A stretch of DNA of 64,000 nucleotides from an uncultured Verrucomicrobiae bacterium (GCA_963769025.1 CAVYKI010000003.1:160001-224000); one strand, 5' to 3'; positions 1 to 11,176 are shown, counted from the stretch's first letter. Translations and numbers: made by a program. Notes: generated by a model from the letters alone, not told the origin.

Positions 1-1311
1 ATCCCGGCTTACGAATGGAATTTCAGCGACGTGAATCCGCCGGTCTTCGCGTGGGCGGCGTGGAAAGTTTACAAGATGGAGGAGGCGCGTCGGGGAAAGG
101 GCGACATCGCCTTTCTGGAGACGGTCTTTCACAAGCTGATGCTGAACTTCACCTGGTGGGTGAACCGCAAGGACTCCGAGGGGAAGAACATCTTCCAGGG
201 CGGCTTCCTCGGGCTGGACAACATCGGCGTCTTCGACCGCAGCGCGCCGCTCCCGACCGGGGGACACCTGGAGCAAAGCGACGGCACGAGCTGGATGGGG
301 ATGTTCAGCGTGAACATGATGAAAATCGCGCTGGAGCTGGCGCGCAAAAATCCCGTGTACGAGAACATCGCGACGAAGTTCCTCGAGCATTTCCTGGGCA
401 TCGCGCATGCGCTGAATTCGCTGCATCTGTGGAACGAGGAGGATGCCTTTTTCTACGACGTCCTGCACCTGCCGCACGGGGAAAGGCTGCCGCTCCGCCT
501 GCGCTCGCTCGTGGGCCTCATGCCGCTGCTCGCGGTGGAGACGCTGGAGCCCGAGGAGCTCGACGAGTTGCCGGGATTCAAGGCGCGCCTGGAGTGGTAC
601 CTGAACTACCGGCCCGACCTCACGAAGCTCGTGTCGCACTACGAAATCCCCGGCCTCGGCAACCGGCGGCTCATCGCGCTCGTGCGCGGGCAGCGCATGA
701 AGCAACTGCTCACGCGCATGCTCGACCCGGGGGAATTCCTGAGCCCGTTCGGCATCCGGTCCGTGAGCAAATTCCACGCAGATCATCCGTACGAATTCAC
801 CGTGCGCGGAACGACGTATCGCGTGGACTACGAGCCGGGCGAGGGGCGGACGTCGCTGTTCGGAGGAAACTCAAACTGGCGCGGCCCGGTGTGGTTTCCG
901 CTCAATTACCTGTTCATCGAGTCGCTGCAAAAGTTTCACCATTACTACGGCGACGACTTCAAGGTGGAATGCCCGACCGGGAGTGGGAAGATGCTGACGC
1001 TGGGTGAAACCGCCGACTACCTCGCCAAGCGGTTGAATTCGCTGTTCCTCAAAGGCGACGACGGCAGCCGCGCTTTCCAAGGACGCGACCGGGGCCTGTT
1101 CCAAAAGCCCGGCTGGGCCGATCAGATTTGGTTCCACGAGTACTTTCATGCGGATGACGGATCGGGTCTCGGCGCTTGCCACCAGACCGGCTGGACCGGG
1201 CTCACGGCCGACCTTCTCGAGCAACACGCGGAGCGGCGGGCGCAGCGTGCGACCACCGGAACACCGCTCCTTGGCATTCCGCCGTCCAACCAGCCCGCGC
1301 AGCGCGAATGA
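1..1311 (+). CDS. Glycoside hydrolase family 63-like (MGH1/glucosidase) protein, 5'-truncated by the window edge
   Basis: Frame is open from base 1 (IPAYEWNFSDVNPPV); motifs GGFLGLDNIG, GGNSNWRGPVWFP, FHEYFHADDGSGLGACHQTGWT. Confidence 0.85.
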   Translation: MPAYEWNFSDVNPPVFAWAAWKVYKMEEARRGKGDIAFLETVFHKLMLNFTWWVNRKDSEGKNIFQGGFLGLDNIGVFDRSAPLPTGGHLEQSDGTSWMGMFSVNMMKIALELARKNPVYENIATKFLEHFLGIAHALNSLHLWNEEDAFFYDVLHLPHGERLPLRLRSLVGLMPLLAVETLEPEELDELPGFKARLEWYLNYRPDLTKLVSHYEIPGLGNRRLIALVRGQRMKQLLTRMLDPGEFLSPFGIRSVSKFHADHPYEFTVRGTTYRVDYEPGEGRTSLFGGNSNWRGPVWFPLNYLFIESLQKFHHYYGDDFKVECPTGSGKMLTLGETADYLAKRLNSLFLKGDDGSRAFQGRDRGLFQKPGWADQIWFHEYFHADDGSGLGACHQTGWTGLTADLLEQHAERRAQRATTGTPLLGIPPSNQPAQRE

Positions 1312-2003
1312 AGAAGCTAGTCGCTGCATGTTGCGGGATCGCCGCGGCCGCCGTGTTGCTGAGTTTTCGGTTCGCGCGCGGCAGGCACGAGGCCGCGAGA
1401 AATCTCGTGCTGAAGGAGCCCCCACCGCAGGCTCAACCGAATCCGGAGCAAAGCCGCGCGCCTTTTGCCGATGACCTCGCGAAGGGCGGCACGCCTGCCA
1501 GCATTATTAAAAACCCACCCGGCGCTGAACCGGGCGTGACACTGAACGTGCAGGGGCTCGCACCGATCCCGCTCACCGGCCGGAACGGCGCACCATCGGA
1601 GAAGACCGTCGAAGCAGTGACCGGCCGCGCCGATCTCTCCGACACGACCAAGGCGCGAGCCTTGATCGAGTTGCTGCCCACCCTGCCACCCGAGGCGCTC
1701 GCACGCGCGGCGGAGGAGGCGGCCACCCGGCTGTCCGACACCGACTACACGGCCGCGCTCCGACCGACGCTGATTGCTCCGCAGACGCACGGGATGGCGA
1801 TGAGCGTGCTTTTCGCGGACCTCATGCAGCGCCCGGACTCCGTCTCGCTGCCGATCCTCGCCACGATCGCACAGGACCCGAAGCATCCGTATTCGCAAAA
1901 CGCGCGGGAGAATCTGCAGTTCCTGCTCGGTCAGGATTTCGGAAATGACTGGGCCAGATGGAACGAAGCGATCCGGAATCGCATCGGCTCACCGGAGAAG
2001 TGA
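1308..2003 (+). CDS. Hypothetical protein with N-terminal hydrophobic anchor, Pro-rich linker and helical C-terminal domain
   Basis: ATG at 1308 overlaps the upstream stop (ATGA); starts MKKLVAACCGIAAAAVLL. Confidence 0.7.
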   Translation: MKKLVAACCGIAAAAVLLSFRFARGRHEAARNLVLKEPPPQAQPNPEQSRAPFADDLAKGGTPASIIKNPPGAEPGVTLNVQGLAPIPLTGRNGAPSEKTVEAVTGRADLSDTTKARALIELLPTLPPEALARAAEEAATRLSDTDYTAALRPTLIAPQTHGMAMSVLFADLMQRPDSVSLPILATIAQDPKHPYSQNARENLQFLLGQDFGNDWARWNEAIRNRIGSPEK

Positions 2004-2012
2004 GCGGCGATC

Positions 2013-5000
2013 TCAGCGGAATGCCGGGCGAGCTTCGGCACGCGGCCCGGCAGGTCTGCGGGGCGGGGCGCCGATGTCGGTGGCGGTCACGGGATTCGGC
2101 GGCGCGGGAGCCTGTGGCGGTGGCTGCGGCTTGAGTTCGCGGCCGGATTTGGTGACGGGCTTGCCGTCCTTCGTGGAGACATCCTCGACGCGATAGAGCG
2201 ACCCGTCGGCGTGTCGCAGCAGGGGCCGCATTTCGTCGAGGCTCAACGGGCGCGCCCCGCGCCGGCCAAAGACGACCGTCTGCCCGCCGGTCTCGTCGGT
2301 GACGCGATCGCGGTCGAGTCCGCGGGAGACGGAGAGCGCACGATGCTTGGTGGGATACGAGGCGATGAGCCGCGGCGAAGGGCGCGGGCTGAATCCCGCG
2401 GCGCCCTCGACGGTGTCGGGCGAGATCAGCTGGACCACGCGCAGGCCGTTTTTCCCGTCGGCGACGAGCGCATACATGGATGCGGCGACGGAGCCGATCT
2501 GCACGGCCTGCGCGTCATTGATCTGGCCGCCGGCGGTGAACACCTGATCCAGCTTCGGCTTCTCGGGGTTTTCGATGTCGATGATGGCGAGTCCCTCCGG
2601 GCCGTTCGCGACGTAGGCGTAGGTGCGCGCGACGTAGAGCTTGCGCGCGTGGCGGAGCGGAACGCTGGCGCCGGGGATTGCGCGGGGACGTTCGGGGTCG
2701 GCGAGGCTGAGGACCTTCAACCCTTCGTCATCCGTGACGAATGCGTAGAGGAACTGCACGGCGATCGAGCGCGGGTTTTTCAGGAAGCTGCCGGTGAGTT
2801 CGCCGACGAGCCGCGGCTGATCCGGCTTTTTCACATCCACGACGGCGATGCCTCGCGGCGTGCAAATGTACACGCGATGCCCCGCACAGATCGCGTACTC
2901 CGCGCCGGTGAGCCGGCCGTCGGGATTGATATCCACGGCGGTCTTCTTGACGAAGTTGTTCTGCGGATTGCCGTCAAGCAGCGTGTTCACATCGCAGACG
3001 ACGAGCCCGAGCTTGCGGTCGGTGACGAATGCGTAGCCGTACCACGCGGGGATCGGCTGCTCCTCGTTTTCCGGGAGCTGGATGCGCATCGGGTCATTGA
3101 TGAGCGTGCTCGGCAGCGCGACCGACGTGGCGAACGGCGTGCGCACGTACGTCCGCTGCCCAAGCGGCGAGAACGGAGCGGTCACGATGCGTTCGCTGAA
3201 ATCCTTCTGATCAATGTTCGCCACGTCGTACACCTCGAAGCCGCTGGCCCCGTTCGCCGTGTAGAGGTATTCGCCGCGCAGTGTGAGGTCGTTGATTTCG
3301 CCCGAGTGGTGCTCGTGCGCCTCGGCGAGCTTACGGCCGCGCGCGAGGTGCTCGGCGTAGTTTCGCGGATAGGCGTTCTTGTGCATCGAACTGCCGATCA
3401 CCGACTGCGGTTCATCGGCCTCGGTCCAGATCACGGCGTGCAGATCCCCTTCCCCGCCGACGTATGCGTAGCGGCCGAAGAAATTCACCGTGCCCGTGCC
3501 GAAGCCGAGCAGTTGCGTCATCCACGCATTGTTGTCCTTCGCCTTCGCGAGATGGCAGTCGGTGCAGTTCTTCGTCGTGCCGACGCCGCTCGTCGTGTGC
3601 GGGAAATGCGGATTGAACGCCTGCCCGCTGTAGCCGTCGCCGCTCACCGTCTGCTGCTGCGAATAGACCCAGCCGCGGTTCTGCGTCTGCGAGCTCACCA
3701 GCACGGCGCTCGAGGATCGGATCACCGCGAGCCGGTTGTTTTTCACCGTGCCGTCGATGCCGAGCATGAAGACGTCGTCGCGCACCACCTGCGGATTGTA
3801 GGTCGTGAAATTGCGGCTGAGCGCGCCTTCGAATTTGTTCAACGGCACCTTCTGGTTTGCCTTCATGGAAAGGTGGCAGCCGAAGCAGCTCGTCGCCCAC
3901 GACGTGTGGCAGACCTGACAGTCCATGTTCTGGTTCGCGTGCGCGAGCGTGGACTTGCACTGCTTCTCGCCCGGCACTTCGCCCCAAGTCTCGCCGTCGC
4001 GCTGCACGGTCTTCGCGTGCGCGGCCTTCGCGTTGTACTTTTCCGAGACCGGATTGATGACGTCGATCGTCTGCGGGATTTCCCATCGCGCGTCCTTCGC
4101 CATCGTGGAGTTTTGGAAAAGGCGGCGCATCGGCTGGCCTTGCGAATCCTTGATCGGCTCGCCCGTGATTTTGTCCGTCACATCCTCCCACTCGAAGCGC
4201 GGCTTCCACGGCGTGATGCTCTTCGCGAGGTCCACGGGTGTGATTTTGCGCCGGTCCTTCGGGTCGGTCTGCCCCGCGGCGCCGCTCGTGATGAGCGTGG
4301 GCCGCGCGTTGATCGTGCCGTGGCAGTCCACGCACGTGATGGTCGTGGCGTTGCGCGCCTCGCCGTAAAGCAGGCCGTTTCCATGCACGTCCGTCTCGAA
4401 ATGGCAGTCCACGCACTGCATCCCCTTTTCGAGATGGATGTCCTTGAGATGCACGGCGCGCTTGAAATCGCGATGCGCGACGATGTTGTCATCGAGGTCG
4501 AGCCGGTTGCCCTTTTTGTCCTGCTTGAAGACGGCGCGAAAGATCCACCCGTGCCCGTGGTAGTCGGCGAACTGCGTGTGCTTCAGCTTCGGATTCAGCT
4601 CCGCGACCTTTTCCAGAAAATCGAGGTTGCCCCACAGCCCGCGCGCGGCGGCGGCCTCGGGATTTGAGACGGTTGCGCGGACGAGTTCGTCATCCGTCGG
4701 ATCGTGCTGTTCCTTCGGATACATAAATTCCGCATCCGTCTCCTGATCCCACCACGTGTATCCGAGGAACGGATTCACGAAGAGATTTCCCTGATGCATG
4801 TGGCAGTTCATGCACTGCGAGCTGGGGATGGAGCGCGTGAACTGATGGCTGATCGGATGCCCGCGCTCGCGTTTGGAAATCGTCGGGTCCTTCGAGAAGC
4901 TGAGCCCCTGATTTCCGAATTTGTGCCACCAGCCGGAGTTGCTCGGGGAGCGATCGTTCGCATAGACGACGTGGCAGGCGGTGCAGCCGCTCGAACGGTA

Positions 5001-6125
5001 GTCGCCGGGACGATCGTTCGAACCCATGAAGCCGAGCAGCGGATCGTGCAGGCGCGTCTTTTGTGCGCCGAGGAAAATGGGATCCGTGCGGTTCAGCGTG
5101 CCGAGTCCGCGCGGCGAGAGACGGCGCTCGGGCTTGCCGGGAGGCTCGTCGAACGCCGGCAGACCGGTCTGGAGCGGCTCGAAGCCGCCTTTTTCAAAAA
5201 TGCGGAGGATGTTTCCCGGCTGGCTGAGATTGAATCGCGGCAGCGGCACAAGCGACGGAAGGATGCCGAGCCGGCGCGTCTGCTCGGCGGTGGGCTTGAA
5301 CGGATTGTTCAGCTGGAGCGGAACGCCGTCCGCGCCGTAAGCCTGGCCGACGATTGCGTCCTTGCGGTTGATGGAGCCGTTGTTGTACGCGGCGGCGTTC
5401 CAGAGCATCGCGCCGTGGTTCATCATCGAGTGGCCGACGCGATCCACGATGTCGGCGTGGCAGAGCCCGCACGACTGCTTCGCCGCGCGGAGATCGCCGG
5501 GATTGATGAACCGGATGAACTCCGGCGATTCATGATTCAGCACGACGCTGGCGTTCACCGGATTCGCAGACGTCTGCCAGAACTCCGGATTCCGCGGCAG
5601 CACATGCGCCTTTTCGATGGCGAGCCCGCGCGCGGGATTCCCGCCGTGGCAGTCGGTGCAGCCGAGCACGACGTTCGGCGAAGTGTGCATCGTGTGCGTG
5701 TCCGTGGATGTGTGGCACTGGACGCAACCCACGCTCTTTCGGTTCGCCTCTTCCCAAGTCTGGTCGATGAGATTGCGCGGCGGACGCGACACTGAGACTT
5801 TTTCCGGACGCGCGGAGACCGGCGGGCCGAGACCCGCGCCCAGCAATTTTTCCGAAGTGGACTCCATGCCGGGGTGCTGACCTGCGCCCGGCAGTTGCGG
5901 GACCGGATAGGCGCCTGCCGATGTCGGCGGCCCGACGCCTGCGGCGGCGCCCGGAGGCGGCGGCAAAGCGGGAGGGACATCGCCCGGCGAGGGAAGAGGC
6001 GGAAGCTGCGTCCCGCCCGAAGCCGAGGTCGGCGGACCGAGACCGTCCTGCGCGTGCAGGAGCACGAGCGGCACCGCGACCACGAGGCTCGCGAACGCGA
6101 TCAAGAGTGGCGGAATGGGGCGCAT
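2013..6125 (-). CDS. Secreted decaheme c-type cytochrome fused to C-terminal LVIVD-type beta-propeller repeats
   Basis: Signal peptide; 10 CxxCH motifs (CVQCH, CTDCH, CGLCH, CTACH, CMNCH, CVDCH x2, CQVCH, CFGCH, CTDCH); repeats such as YAYVANGPEGLAIIDIENPEKP; ATG at 6125 overlaps the upstream stop (TGATG). Confidence 0.85.
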   Translation of the reverse strand: MRPIPPLLIAFASLVVAVPLVLLHAQDGLGPPTSASGGTQLPPLPSPGDVPPALPPPPGAAAGVGPPTSAGAYPVPQLPGAGQHPGMESTSEKLLGAGLGPPVSARPEKVSVSRPPRNLIDQTWEEANRKSVGCVQCHTSTDTHTMHTSPNVVLGCTDCHGGNPARGLAIEKAHVLPRNPEFWQTSANPVNASVVLNHESPEFIRFINPGDLRAAKQSCGLCHADIVDRVGHSMMNHGAMLWNAAAYNNGSINRKDAIVGQAYGADGVPLQLNNPFKPTAEQTRRLGILPSLVPLPRFNLSQPGNILRIFEKGGFEPLQTGLPAFDEPPGKPERRLSPRGLGTLNRTDPIFLGAQKTRLHDPLLGFMGSNDRPGDYRSSGCTACHVVYANDRSPSNSGWWHKFGNQGLSFSKDPTISKRERGHPISHQFTRSIPSSQCMNCHMHQGNLFVNPFLGYTWWDQETDAEFMYPKEQHDPTDDELVRATVSNPEAAAARGLWGNLDFLEKVAELNPKLKHTQFADYHGHGWIFRAVFKQDKKGNRLDLDDNIVAHRDFKRAVHLKDIHLEKGMQCVDCHFETDVHGNGLLYGEARNATTITCVDCHGTINARPTLITSGAAGQTDPKDRRKITPVDLAKSITPWKPRFEWEDVTDKITGEPIKDSQGQPMRRLFQNSTMAKDARWEIPQTIDVINPVSEKYNAKAAHAKTVQRDGETWGEVPGEKQCKSTLAHANQNMDCQVCHTSWATSCFGCHLSMKANQKVPLNKFEGALSRNFTTYNPQVVRDDVFMLGIDGTVKNNRLAVIRSSSAVLVSSQTQNRGWVYSQQQTVSGDGYSGQAFNPHFPHTTSGVGTTKNCTDCHLAKAKDNNAWMTQLLGFGTGTVNFFGRYAYVGGEGDLHAVIWTEADEPQSVIGSSMHKNAYPRNYAEHLARGRKLAEAHEHHSGEINDLTLRGEYLYTANGASGFEVYDVANIDQKDFSERIVTAPFSPLGQRTYVRTPFATSVALPSTLINDPMRIQLPENEEQPIPAWYGYAFVTDRKLGLVVCDVNTLLDGNPQNNFVKKTAVDINPDGRLTGAEYAICAGHRVYICTPRGIAVVDVKKPDQPRLVGELTGSFLKNPRSIAVQFLYAFVTDDEGLKVLSLADPERPRAIPGASVPLRHARKLYVARTYAYVANGPEGLAIIDIENPEKPKLDQVFTAGGQINDAQAVQIGSVAASMYALVADGKNGLRVVQLISPDTVEGAAGFSPRPSPRLIASYPTKHRALSVSRGLDRDRVTDETGGQTVVFGRRGARPLSLDEMRPLLRHADGSLYRVEDVSTKDGKPVTKSGRELKPQPPPQAPAPPNPVTATDIGAPPRRPAGPRAEARPAFR

Positions 6126-8457
6126 CAATACTGGAGCGTGACGGTGAGGAAGCCGTTGTAGAGGAAGTCATCGGCCTTTCCCGCGTCTCTGCGAGCCGAA
6201 GCCATCGACGGTCACGGTATTGGCGCGGTAGATGTCGCGATAGCCGCCGCCGGGAACGAAGAATCCCATGCCGATGGAGATCACGATGTTGTCCGTGAGC
6301 AGCGGCCGGTACTTGAAGCCGAAGCTCGCATCGAGTCCGAGATCATTGCGGAGCCGATCGGTCTGGAGCGCCACCTTCACCGCCTCGGGCTCGGCCAGCC
6401 AGATGTAGTTCACATTGAGAAACGCCTTCAGCTTTGGCGTGACGTCGATGTCAGTGCCGACGCCGAGGATGATCGCACCGGGGTTCACGAAGTTCGACTG
6501 CCCCTCGGTCTTGCTCGTGCGCAGGTTCGGCACGAGCGAGTCGCGCTGTTTCAGATTCACGGCCGTGCCCGCGAGATTGATGCCCTCGTGCGTGTACCAA
6601 CTGAACGGACCGCCGATGAAACTCGGATTGTCGAGGATGCTGTCGAATCCGCTGGCCGTGCCGTTCGTCGGGTTCGGGTCACCGCTCGCGTAAAAGCGCG
6701 GAAAATTTGAGCCGGTACCAGTCGCGATCATAGCTCAGCTCGATCGCGGCCATCTGCGCGTTGATCGTGACCTCGCGGCCCGCGAGCGAGTTGTAGTCCT
6801 CCTTGCCGAGCACCTGGTAAAACGCGTGGGTGACATTCAGCCGGCCGATGTGCCCGTCGCCGGTCCAGCCGAGGTAATACGCATTCACCGAGTTCGAACT
6901 CGGGCGTCCCGCTGGCGGTGTCCCGGACGGTGCCGACATTCAGCGGGCGCGTGAGGAAGCCGTTCCGTCGTAGTGCGTGCCGCCGTCGTCGAAATTCATG
7001 TGGAGGCTGACCTGCGCGGTGTAGCCCTTCCACAGGAAGTCCTGCCGGAACATGTTCGCGATGACGACCTGCTGATGCCGCGAGTCGAACGTGTTCAGGC
7101 CCGAGTAGGTGTCCTTCTCGCGCATGTTGAAATACGCGAGGTTGTATTGCGTCCGGTTGTTGTCGCGCGTGCCGAAGATGCGCGCGCCGAGGTTCGTGTC
7201 GGAAAAGATGAAGCCGCGGAAATCCGAGATGAACGGCTGGTTGCCGAAGCGCGATGAGATCGAAGTCGTAGTTGTCCGACGTGTCGCGGACGTGGATCTC
7301 GGCGAACGCCTCCTGCAGCGCAAAGTGGTCCTTGAACCGCGTGGTGTAGCGGCTCCCGCTGAAGTCGTTGTTTCCGCCGCCGGTGGCCGTGTTGTTCGTC
7401 GTGACGGTCGTGGCGGTGGTCGTCGTGCCATTGATCGGCACGAGCGCCTGCGCATTTCCCAGCGGCTGGAGCTGCGAGGAGAGGTAGTTGAACGCCGTGG
7501 CGGGATTCACGTTCGACGTGAACAGCCCGGGATTTCCGGACTGCGGATTCGCGCTTCCCGCGACGCCGGGGACCGCGCCGATGGCGGAGGTGTTCGGCGC
7601 GAAAGTGGCGCCGCCGTCCGAGCCGCGCGGGTCGGGATTCAGGAGGTTGTTTTCCCGCACGCGCGTCCAGTTGTTGTTGTACACCGCGTTCACGCGGATG
7701 AGCCAGCGTCACCGGCTTGAAGGCCGTCTCGCCCTTGAAAAGGTCGAATGCGAACGACACGTCGTTGGAAAACATCATCTGCTCGCCGCGGCCGAAAAAC
7801 TCCGCGCTGTTCGGCGTCGCCGTGCTCACGCCGCTGGGCACGGGCAGCTTGCGGACCTCGTAAAGCGCGAAGTCCTTCGCGGTGAGGTTCAGGAAAATGT
7901 CCTGCCCGATGATCGGCAGATCGCCCTTCAGTTTGCTCTGGCGGTACGGGTGCCAGAGCCGCGGCGTGTCGTACGTGTACGGCGTCTCGGTCGAGGGATC
8001 GCGGTAGCGCTGCCAGTGCGGGAAATGGCAGCGTCCAGCGGTTCGGCACCGCCGTCGAATTTGGCAGCAGGCCGAGGCCCTCGCGGCCCATCGGATACGA
8101 GTTGTAGGTGAATGTCTTCTTCACCGGGTCATGGCCGAGGACCATGCCGCGCGGCAGCTTCAGCGAGCCGGGAAGAATCGGATCCTCCGGAAAAAGGAGC
8201 GGGTCGGTCGCGCCCGGCGAAAGGCCCGGCTCGTTCCAGACTCCGGGATCGGGATTGAACACCGCGGGGGACTTCGGCGGCTCCTCCTGGACATTCCCGG
8301 CGGTCGGGCGCAGCGCCGGCGTCCCTTTGCGAAAACGCGGCCGCGCGTCCTCGCCGTTCGCGTCGGCGGCGCCGGTCACGATCACCGCTGCGCAGACTAC
8401 GAGGCGGCGCGTGGATGCGCGCTGGGGACTGAGGCGGCGTTGGCCAAGTCTTGGCAC
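6125..8457 (-). CDS. Putative outer-membrane beta-barrel (porin-like) protein, split by about 7 frameshifts
   Basis: Fragments join into one protein (FALQEAFAEIH, RFGNQPFISDFRGFIF, YYLGWTGDGHIG, ASFGFKYRP); ends ...FLYNGFLTVTLQY, an amphipathic strand with a terminal aromatic residue. Confidence 0.7.
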
Positions 8458-8505
8458 GCGCCGGTCATACGGTCCCTACGCGATGCGCGGCAATGCAAAA
8501 TGCCT

Positions 8506-8566
8506 ATGCTACGCGAGATGAAAAGCTGCGTGAAAGTTTGACGCGCAAACGGCAGGGCGGTACTCG
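8506..8566. promoter_or_regulatory. Candidate back-to-back sigma70-type promoters
   Basis: Minus strand TTCACG-N17-TAGCAT towards the porin; plus strand TTGACG(8538)-N17-TACTCG towards the heme-binding gene; weak matches. Confidence 0.3.
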
Positions 8567-8582
8567 ACAGCCTCCATCGTTC

Positions 8583-11176
8583 ATGAAGACGTCCATCTTC
8601 GCCACGGCTGCGCTCCTGTGCGCGATCCTCGTGCCGCAAAAGCTGCGGGCGCAGGACAGCGGGGAGCAGCTCACGGCGGCCGAGGTCACGCAGATCATCG
8701 CGCAGGCGGCGGCGGATGCGACGTGGAGAAACCCGGGAGCCATCATCGCCGTCACCGACCGCGAGGGATTCGTCCTCGGCGTCTGGGACATGCAGGGCCG
8801 CATTCCGAGTCCGCTGCCGGCATTCAGCCCTTTCCGATCTGGACAACAATCCCACGGCGGTCCGCACCTACGGCCTCTTCGCAGGCGCGATCACGCGCGC
8901 GGGCACGGCGGCATTCCTGAGCAGCGACCAGGAGGCGCTCACGACGCGCACCGCGGGATACATCATCCAGCAGCATTTCCCGCCGGGCGTCGCCAACACG
9001 CCTCCCGGCCCGCTCGTCGGCGTCGGTTTCTCGAGCCTGTTTTTTTCCGACATCAACCGGCTCAAACAGATCGCGAATCCGCTCTCAGCCGGTTCGCCAT
9101 TCGATCCGTCCGACCTCCGCGCTTCGCTCGCCCCCGGCGACACGGCCCGCATTTCGCCCGGCATCCGCGGCAACACGATCATCCCCGGCTCGCTGAACGA
9201 TTCCCCCGGCGGCGTGCCGCTCTACAAGAACGGGCATCTGGTCGGCGGCATCGGCGTCACCGGCGACGGCTACCCGACGAACCTCGCGCCGGCGGCGGCG
9301 ATTTTCCTGAACGAGACGAACACGACCTCCACCCCGGGCTTCGTGCCGAACGCGCTGAGCGACGCCGACGAGCAGGTCGCGCTCGCGGGCCAGCGCGGCT
9401 TCCGTCCCTCGCCGTACATCGTCGCGACGAATATCCTCATCAACGGAATCCGCATCCCGTACGTGTGGCAGGCCGTGCAGGACATCGTGGACGCCACGGG
9501 CTCCGTGCCGCTGACCAGTCTGCCGGGACGCATCGTGGACGGGTTTCCGATCCAGGCGCCGCCGCCGCCATTCCCGTATCCGGTCACGCAGCTCGGCGGC
9601 GTGACGGGCGAATTGCGCGGCCCTGTCGTGTTCGATTCGCCGGCGAATCCGTCCGGCACGATCCGTTTCATCGACGACCCGGTCTCCGCGATTCCGGGCA
9701 GGCAGCTCATCGGCGGCCAGAGCCGGCTGACCGCGGCGGAGGTCACGCAGATCATCACCAAGGCCGCGCAGCGCGCGAACATCACGCGGGCCGGCATCCG
9801 CCTGCCGCTCGGCACGTCGGCGAAGGTCTTCATCGTCGTGGTCAACAATCCCGACAAGGACCTCGAGGCCCCGGCTGTCCTCGGGACGTTCCGGGTCGGC
9901 GATGCGACCGTTTTCTCGTGGGATGTCGCGGTGCAAAAGGCGCGGACGTCCGTCTTCTTTTCAAACAGCCAGCTCGCGATGTCCACGCGCGCCGTCGGCT
10001 TCCTCGCGCAGAGCAATTTTCCGCCGGGCATCGACGGCAAGGCGTGGGGTCCGCTGTTCGGTTTTCAGGAAGCCGTGTCCTTGAAGCGCGCGCCGGTGAC
10101 GGGCGCGTTCCCGGGGAATCCGAACCTGCCGAATGGCATCACCATTTTCCCCGGCGGCTTTCCGCTCTACCGGAACGGCGTCGTCGTCGGCGCGATCGGC
10201 GTTTCCGGCGACGGCGTCGATCAGGACGACATCATCGCGGCGAGCGGATGCGCGGACTTTCTGGCGTATGACACGCATCCGCTCGGACACGTATTCGTAC
10301 GGCGGCGCGCGGCTGCCTTACGCGAAATTCCCGCGCAACCCGGTCGTCGCGGTGGACGCAGCCATCGACCCCGTCCCCGTCCCCGACGCGCCCGAGATGG
10401 ATTCCTCCGCGGTCGTCCGCTTTTCGCCAAAGGACGTCAGCGGTGACGGCGTCGCGGACCTGCTCTTCCAGAATTCCTCCGGCCAGGTCGCCGTCTGGTA
10501 TATGAACGGGAAAGGCTCCGCGTCGGGACTCGACACGCTCTACAGCGGCAACCTCGGCGACTGGAAAATCGTCGGCGCGGCGGACATCAACGGCGACGGC
10601 AACGCCGACATCCTCTTTCAAAACACGCTCGGCCAGATCGCCGTCTGGTACATGGACGGCAGCGGTGGACGCTCCGGCGTCGCCTACATCTACGGCGGCG
10701 GGCTCGGCGATTGGAAAGTCGCCGGCATCGCGGACATGAATGGCGACGGCAACGCCGACATCCTTTTCCAAAACACCACCGGGCAGATCGCCGCTTGGTA
10801 CACGGACGGCAAAGGCTCCATCTCCGGCACCGCCGACATCTCCAGCAGCGGGCTCGGCGACTGGAAAGTCACCGGCGTGGCGGACATGAACGGCGATGGG
10901 AATGCCGACATCCTCTTCCAGAATACCCTCGGCCAGATCGCCGTGTGGTACATGGATGGCAAAGGCGCGCGCTCCGGGAGCGCCTACATCCACGCTGGCG
11001 GCGTAGGCGACTGGCGGGTCGTCAACGTCGCGGACATGAATGGCGACGGCAATGCGGACATCGTCTTTCAGAACACCTCCGGCCAGGTCGCCGTCTGGTA
11101 TATGAATGGCAAGGGTTCCATCTCCAGCACCGCCTACATCTACAGCGGCGGCCTCGGCGACTGGCGCCTGCGCTGA
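8583..11176 (+). CDS. Secreted protein with tandem GlcG/HbpS-like heme-binding domains and C-terminal FG-GAP/VCBS-like repeats (frameshifts near 8835 and 10270)
   Basis: Signal peptide; duplicated LTAAEVTQII start; GGVPLYKNGHLVGGIGVTGDG and GGFPLYRNGVVVGAIGVSGDGVDQDD motifs; followed by DxNGDGxAD repeats. Confidence 0.75.
10433..11173 (+). repeat. Five tandem 150-nt (50-aa) FG-GAP-like coding repeats
   Basis: Repeat starts near 10432, 10582, 10732, 10882 and 11032; unit DxNGDGNADILFQNTxGQIAVWYMDGKG...GLGDWKV. Confidence 0.9.

Noticed and set aside
2211..5795. Long plus-strand ORFs (818 and 363 aa) opposite the cytochrome gene, and similar antisense ORFs throughout
   Set aside because: Shadow ORFs typical of high-GC coding sequence; no recognisable motifs.
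6125..8457. Programmed frameshifting or phase variation in the porin
   Set aside because: The breaks are not at long homopolymers or slippery sites and match the window-wide insertion pattern.
10433..11173. CRISPR array or diversity-generating repeat
   Set aside because: The repeats are 150-nt in-frame coding units with synonymous variation; there are no spacers, cas genes or reverse transcriptase.
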